Part shown: piece by piece, positions 59,479 through 64,000 of the stretch
How positions within the stretch are numbered: the stretch's first letter is position 1
Layout of the letters: each line of letters begins with the position of its first letter
DNA from: a virus
Strand: one strand, 5' to 3'
DNA: 64,000 nucleotides
IMG/VR virus record: IMGVR_UViG_3300045988_061855
Notes under the pieces: model-generated
What the model saw: only the letters and a program-made list of their open reading frames with translations
What the model was told of the DNA's origin: nothing
Databases searched by the model: none
Made by a program: the position numbers and the translations under genes

Positions 59479-62400
59479 ATGCCATTAAGCGAAAATCTTA
59501 AAGACCAATTTGCCAAAATGGTTAATACCGACAATCCCAAGGAGAACATAGGCAATGCTGTGTACGGTACTGTTAAAGTTTATTCAGATGGTACAAAGGC
59601 AGTAGTGTTGGATGGTTCAAATATTGCAACTCCGTTTGAAACCGTTACCGATGCAGAAGATGGCGATAGAGTAACAGTGACAATCAGGAATCACAAAGCA
59701 GTTGTTACTGGTAATCTTAGTTCACCAGCTGCTAGAACTGATGCTGTTAAAACCAACAGTGAGAAGATTGGAGAATTCAACACCGTACTCTCTAATAAAG
59801 TTGATACCGATGAACTTGATGCTCAGGTAGGCAGAATCAATACCCTTGAATCAGATAACGCTACAATTAAGCATAAATTAGCTGCATCTGAAGGCGAATT
59901 TAAGGAAATAAAAACCAAACAGCTTGAAGTTGAGGAAAAAGTCACAGCAGCTGAAGCAGAAATTAAAACAATAAAGAGCGATAAAATCGATGCTACGGTT
60001 GTCGAGTCGGAGTATACAAAGACTAAAGTTTTTGATGCGTTAGCCGGTACTGTTGGTACATTAAACGGTGACTTTTCGAACTTCAAGAATACGACAACAG
60101 AAAAACTTGATGCTCATAAAGCTGACATAGACGAACTGAATACCAAGAAACTTAATTCTGAAGATGCAGATTTGAAATATGCCAATATTGATTTCACTAA
60201 TATTGGTACGGCTGCAATGGCGTATTTTTATGCACAGTCAGGTCTTATTAAGAATGTAGTAGTTGGTGACCAGACAATCACTGGAGAGTTAATCGGTGTC
60301 ACAATCAAAGGTGATTTAATTGAAGGTAATACAGTTGTCGCAGATAAGCTTGTTATAAAAGGTGAGGATGGACTGTATTACAAGTTAAATACTGATGGTA
60401 TTACCGCCGAGGCTGAACAGACTGATTACAACAGTATCAATGGACAAGTAATCAGAGCCAAATCAGTAACAGCATCTAAAATAGACGTTAAAGATTTGGT
60501 GGCTTTTGATGCAACCATTGCCGGATTCAAAATAGATGACAACGCCATACATTCTATAGGAAAAGAATCAGCGACTAGTGGAGTTCGTGGTATATATCTT
60601 GGAAAAGACGGTCAAATGGCTGTCGGTGACAGTAATCATTATATTAAATATTATAAGGATACGGATGGTAGCTTCAAACTCGCAATATCTGCCGAGAGTA
60701 TGGAGTTTAGTTCGGGAACCAGTGTTAAAGACGCAATTGATGATGTTAATAATAAAGTTAATAATATTAAGTCGATTAAAAACACGACCGTAACTTATCA
60801 GGTAGGGGATAGCAATACAAAAGCTCCTACTGGCACCTGGAGTCCAAACATTCCATCAGTGACTGTTGGAAAATATTTATGGACAAGAACAGTGTTCACA
60901 TATTCAGATAATACGATAAGCACATCATATGGTATAAGCTCTATGGGTGCTAAAGGTGACCAAGGTATACCTGGTACGAATGGTCAAAATGGAAAAAGTA
61001 TAGGTTCAGTTATTAATTATTATCTGGCTACAAATGCTAATACAGGAGTTACGGCTAGTACATCAGGTTGGACAACCACTGTACAATCTGTATCTACCAG
61101 TAAAAAATATTTGTGGAATTATGAGATTGTTAAGTATACTGACGGAACAATAGCAAGTACGACGGCACCTTGTGTAATTGGAAGTTATGGTGATACTGGA
61201 GAAGCTGGAAAGAATTTTAATTGGAATTTGATTAAATATAATTATATAGAAGCAATGGCAGCTGAAATTGATAAGAGTGAATATGTTAAGAGCGGAAAAG
61301 TAATATGTGAAGGCGATAATATTAATTCCGGGTTTAAGATTGATTCTGCTGATTGTTACGAACCATCTACTAAATATATTCTTAGTGGATATATTACGGT
61401 AATCAGTAAGACATGTAATAATTTGTATTTTTATAATGGCAAGAATCATGTATTTATTTCTTTATTAATAGATGGTAGAAATTATTCAACACCATTTGGT
61501 AATGAATTAATAGCCGCAAATTCAATATTAAACGATGGTAAATCACATTATTTCGAATTAAGATTTCAAACGGCTACTGATATACCAGACGATAGCAGTG
61601 TCTTGTATACATATATACAGCTTAATAAATCGAATGCTACAAATATTAGATATCAAATTACCGGATTAAAACTTGAAAAAGGAACAGAAGCTACTGATTG
61701 GTGTCCAGCTCAGGAAGACCTTAAGGGCGAAAAAGGCGATACTGGAGCTACAGGAAAAGGTGTTAAGTCTACCGCTATAACATACCAGGCAGCAGCAAAC
61801 GGTACGACTGTTCCAACTGGTACATGGGTAGCATCACCACCAACAACCACATCAGCATTACCTTATATGTGGACTCGAACTATTATTACATATACTGATA
61901 ATACAATATCCACTTCATATAGTATTGGTTCTACTCCGGAAGGAATACAGGTTGGTGGAAGGAATTTGTTAACCGGTTCCGCAGGTTGGACTAAAGCCAA
62001 TCCAGCAAAAAGTACAAATGCAGCAGATGGATATGCGTATATTGGTGGAAGAGTATATCTTGAAAATGGTAAGACATATACTTTGCAAGCTGTTAGTGAT
62101 TCCGTATGGGCTACAGAACATGGCGATCGAACTGGTAAAGCAACAATATGGATTCATGGTTTATTAGGAGATGATTTTCACAGAGTTTTTTGTGGAGATG
62201 GTATAACATCGGGACGATATACATGGACATTTGTTCATACATCAGCTACTCAGAATTGTGAAATAAGAATCAACGGTTATAGTAAAATTACAAGTTTCTG
62301 GGACATTAAGATTGAATCGGGTAACAAAGCCACAGACTGGACACCAGCACCTGAAGATATCGATTACGCTATAAGTGATGTTAATTCCAAGATAACTAAA

Positions 62401-63876
62401 ACAAAAGAAGAAATAACGCAGTCGGTATCCAAAACATATCAGACAAAAAATGATATGGGCAACTATTATACAACTAAACAGACTGATGCTGCTATAAAAA
62501 CTCGTTGTGACAATGTTGAGTTAAAAGTTGATGGAATTAAGATTGGTGGAAGGAATCTTGCACAAAAAACGTCTAGTAAGTACTATGTTAGTTTTTCCAA
62601 GTTCAATGGAAACGATAACGTTTGTTTTAGCATTGGAAACACTTTAACTGATGGGTTATCAGTAGGCGACATAATATCAATTAAGTTAGTATGCAAATAT
62701 ACTAATATAGCATCTGTAAGCGGAAAAACTCCTCAGGTTCGTATTATTGGAGCTGGTAATGTAACAGGTTGGAATGATAATGGATATTTTCCAGTAAACA
62801 ATTTTACTAAGTTATCTGGTTCTAATGGTGAAGTAACAATAATATATCAGGCAACAATAAATGAAAATCACGTTAAAAATTCTTATTGGAATACGTTACT
62901 CAGAACAGATGCGATTCAAAGTGGCACAATACAATGCAAAATGTTTAAAGTTGAACGCGGTACAAGATATACAGACTGGACACCAGCACCTGAAGACGTT
63001 GATTCAGCTATAAACGATGTAAGTGAAAGTACTAATCAATATATTACAGATGTCTCTGACAGCTTGGGAAAAACAGAAGAAGAGTTAGCCGACTTGAAAT
63101 CTAATACCAATGCTACACTTAAATTATGTGTAAAAGAAGATGAAACTGGACGCCTAAAGTCTATGATAGAAGCCATTGCAGATACTATCAACATCACGGC
63201 AAAAGGTGGATTGAATCTTACTGGTAATAGATTCAGCGTAAGTAGTACAAATCTTACTATTACTAAAGATGGTAGCATGACATGTAAGAAAATTGTTGCT
63301 ACGGGCGGAACTGTAGGTGGATGGCAAATTCAATCTGATGGATTGTATTCAATGTCAGGAGAACAAGGATCATCACTCAGTCTTATGAATCTAGGAAATT
63401 TTAAAGGCTCTTCTGAAGATGATTTAATCATATCGTTTAGAAGATGGAATACCTATCCGTTTTATGTAACTAGTGGCGGAGAATTAGGATGTCGAAAATT
63501 AGCTATTTCGGTTGGATATAACAAGTTAAATCAGCGTGCAACTACATCAGCAAATGATACTCAAGCGTTTAATTATGCATGGACAATAAATGGTACAGGA
63601 TTGTTTATACTTAATGCTGGATTATGGACTGATACCACTGATGATTATGGAACCACTAATTGTGCTATTTATGTCAATGGAGCATGTGTCACATCAAATA
63701 CTCATCGATATGGTGAAAATTCAAGCTCAGTAGAATTAGATGCCGGTGCAACATTTGTATACTGGTTCAGGAATGCTAATAATCAGAAAGTGCTATTACA
63801 AGCAGGCTCAACAAAAACAGGAAACAAAACACTCACATACACTGTTCAAGGCTTATTTGGCTTGGCAGTAACTTAA
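59479..63876 (+). CDS. Tail fibre / host-recognition protein, modular
   Basis: N-terminal coiled coil. Collagen-like GAKGDQGIPGTNGQNGKS and GEKGDTGATGKG. Three ~50-aa (V/I)(T/N)Y..(P)TG.W...Y(L/M)W.R....Y(S/T)D(N/G)TIS(T)... repeats. Junction motif (A/Y)TDW(T/C)PA(P/Q)ED three times. Confidence 0.85.
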   Translation: MPLSENLKDQFAKMVNTDNPKENIGNAVYGTVKVYSDGTKAVVLDGSNIATPFETVTDAEDGDRVTVTIRNHKAVVTGNLSSPAARTDAVKTNSEKIGEFNTVLSNKVDTDELDAQVGRINTLESDNATIKHKLAASEGEFKEIKTKQLEVEEKVTAAEAEIKTIKSDKIDATVVESEYTKTKVFDALAGTVGTLNGDFSNFKNTTTEKLDAHKADIDELNTKKLNSEDADLKYANIDFTNIGTAAMAYFYAQSGLIKNVVVGDQTITGELIGVTIKGDLIEGNTVVADKLVIKGEDGLYYKLNTDGITAEAEQTDYNSINGQVIRAKSVTASKIDVKDLVAFDATIAGFKIDDNAIHSIGKESATSGVRGIYLGKDGQMAVGDSNHYIKYYKDTDGSFKLAISAESMEFSSGTSVKDAIDDVNNKVNNIKSIKNTTVTYQVGDSNTKAPTGTWSPNIPSVTVGKYLWTRTVFTYSDNTISTSYGISSMGAKGDQGIPGTNGQNGKSIGSVINYYLATNANTGVTASTSGWTTTVQSVSTSKKYLWNYEIVKYTDGTIASTTAPCVIGSYGDTGEAGKNFNWNLIKYNYIEAMAAEIDKSEYVKSGKVICEGDNINSGFKIDSADCYEPSTKYILSGYITVISKTCNNLYFYNGKNHVFISLLIDGRNYSTPFGNELIAANSILNDGKSHYFELRFQTATDIPDDSSVLYTYIQLNKSNATNIRYQITGLKLEKGTEATDWCPAQEDLKGEKGDTGATGKGVKSTAITYQAAANGTTVPTGTWVASPPTTTSALPYMWTRTIITYTDNTISTSYSIGSTPEGIQVGGRNLLTGSAGWTKANPAKSTNAADGYAYIGGRVYLENGKTYTLQAVSDSVWATEHGDRTGKATIWIHGLLGDDFHRVFCGDGITSGRYTWTFVHTSATQNCEIRINGYSKITSFWDIKIESGNKATDWTPAPEDIDYAISDVNSKITKTKEEITQSVSKTYQTKNDMGNYYTTKQTDAAIKTRCDNVELKVDGIKIGGRNLAQKTSSKYYVSFSKFNGNDNVCFSIGNTLTDGLSVGDIISIKLVCKYTNIASVSGKTPQVRIIGAGNVTGWNDNGYFPVNNFTKLSGSNGEVTIIYQATINENHVKNSYWNTLLRTDAIQSGTIQCKMFKVERGTRYTDWTPAPEDVDSAINDVSESTNQYITDVSDSLGKTEEELADLKSNTNATLKLCVKEDETGRLKSMIEAIADTINITAKGGLNLTGNRFSVSSTNLTITKDGSMTCKKIVATGGTVGGWQIQSDGLYSMSGEQGSSLSLMNLGNFKGSSEDDLIISFRRWNTYPFYVTSGGELGCRKLAISVGYNKLNQRATTSANDTQAFNYAWTINGTGLFILNAGLWTDTTDDYGTTNCAIYVNGACVTSNTHRYGENSSSVELDAGATFVYWFRNANNQKVLLQAGSTKTGNKTLTYTVQGLFGLAVT

Positions 63877-63897
63877 AAAGAAAAGGAGATTAATATT

Positions 63898-64000
63898 ATG
63901 TTAGAAACAAGAAGCGATATTACATTATCAGGAACAAGCTACATCGAAAAAGCTGTAGCTGGAGCAGAAACAAAGATGAGAACAGATGTTGTTTATCTCA
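63898..64000 (+). CDS. Start of next tail-module gene (partial)
   Basis: AAAGGAGA RBS. MLETRSDITLSGTSYIEKAVAGAETKMRTDVVYL... runs off the window. Confidence 0.5.
   Translation, partial: MLETRSDITLSGTSYIEKAVAGAETKMRTDVVYL

Larger units (their letters stand above)
63..64000 (+). mobile_element. Temperate siphovirus-type (pro)phage, integrase end through tail fibre; right end beyond window
   Basis: Integrase, early/replication genes, terminase, portal, capsid, tail tube, tape measure and fibre are all co-oriented. Exact left att boundary not determinable. Confidence 0.85.

Noticed and set aside
1-64000. Stop-codon reassignment linked to the possible UUA-anticodon tRNA
   Set aside because: Very long ORFs (1380, 2135, 1471, 963 aa) are intact under the standard code, and genes end cleanly at TAA, TAG or TGA with downstream RBSs.

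Overview
The window is almost entirely one low-GC temperate siphovirus-type (pro)phage, probably of a Bacillota/Clostridia-like host (strong AAGGAGG RBSs, GH25+LysM lysin). It runs from the integrase end to the tail fibre, and the right end lies beyond the window. All credible genes but one are on the + strand. Order: flanking gene tail, integrase, lysogeny-side morons, then a long early region of small genes including three DUF6353-like paralogues and a tRNA-like gene. Next come the replication module (a 1380-aa SF3 helicase/prim-pol/PolB fusion, SSB-like protein, SF2 helicase), more small genes, a toxin-like fusion, and a ThyX-like gene split by a td-like group I intron. An operator-rich XRE regulatory region and two nucleases follow. 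Then comes a 963-aa ORF with beta-like and beta-prime-like (DFDGD) barrel signatures, which I read as a candidate single-chain RNA polymerase. The late module follows: TerS-like, HNH, TerL, portal, protease-capsid fusion, tail genes, an embedded lysin, a 2135-aa tape measure and the fibre. The main leads are the RNAP candidate, a 17-copy early-region box (WWACA-N5-TNTWATG) that may be its promoter, an H-Y-G..G-x-K-W-G motif shared by four proteins, and the intron. All family assignments come from reading motifs by eye and recollection; no searches were run.
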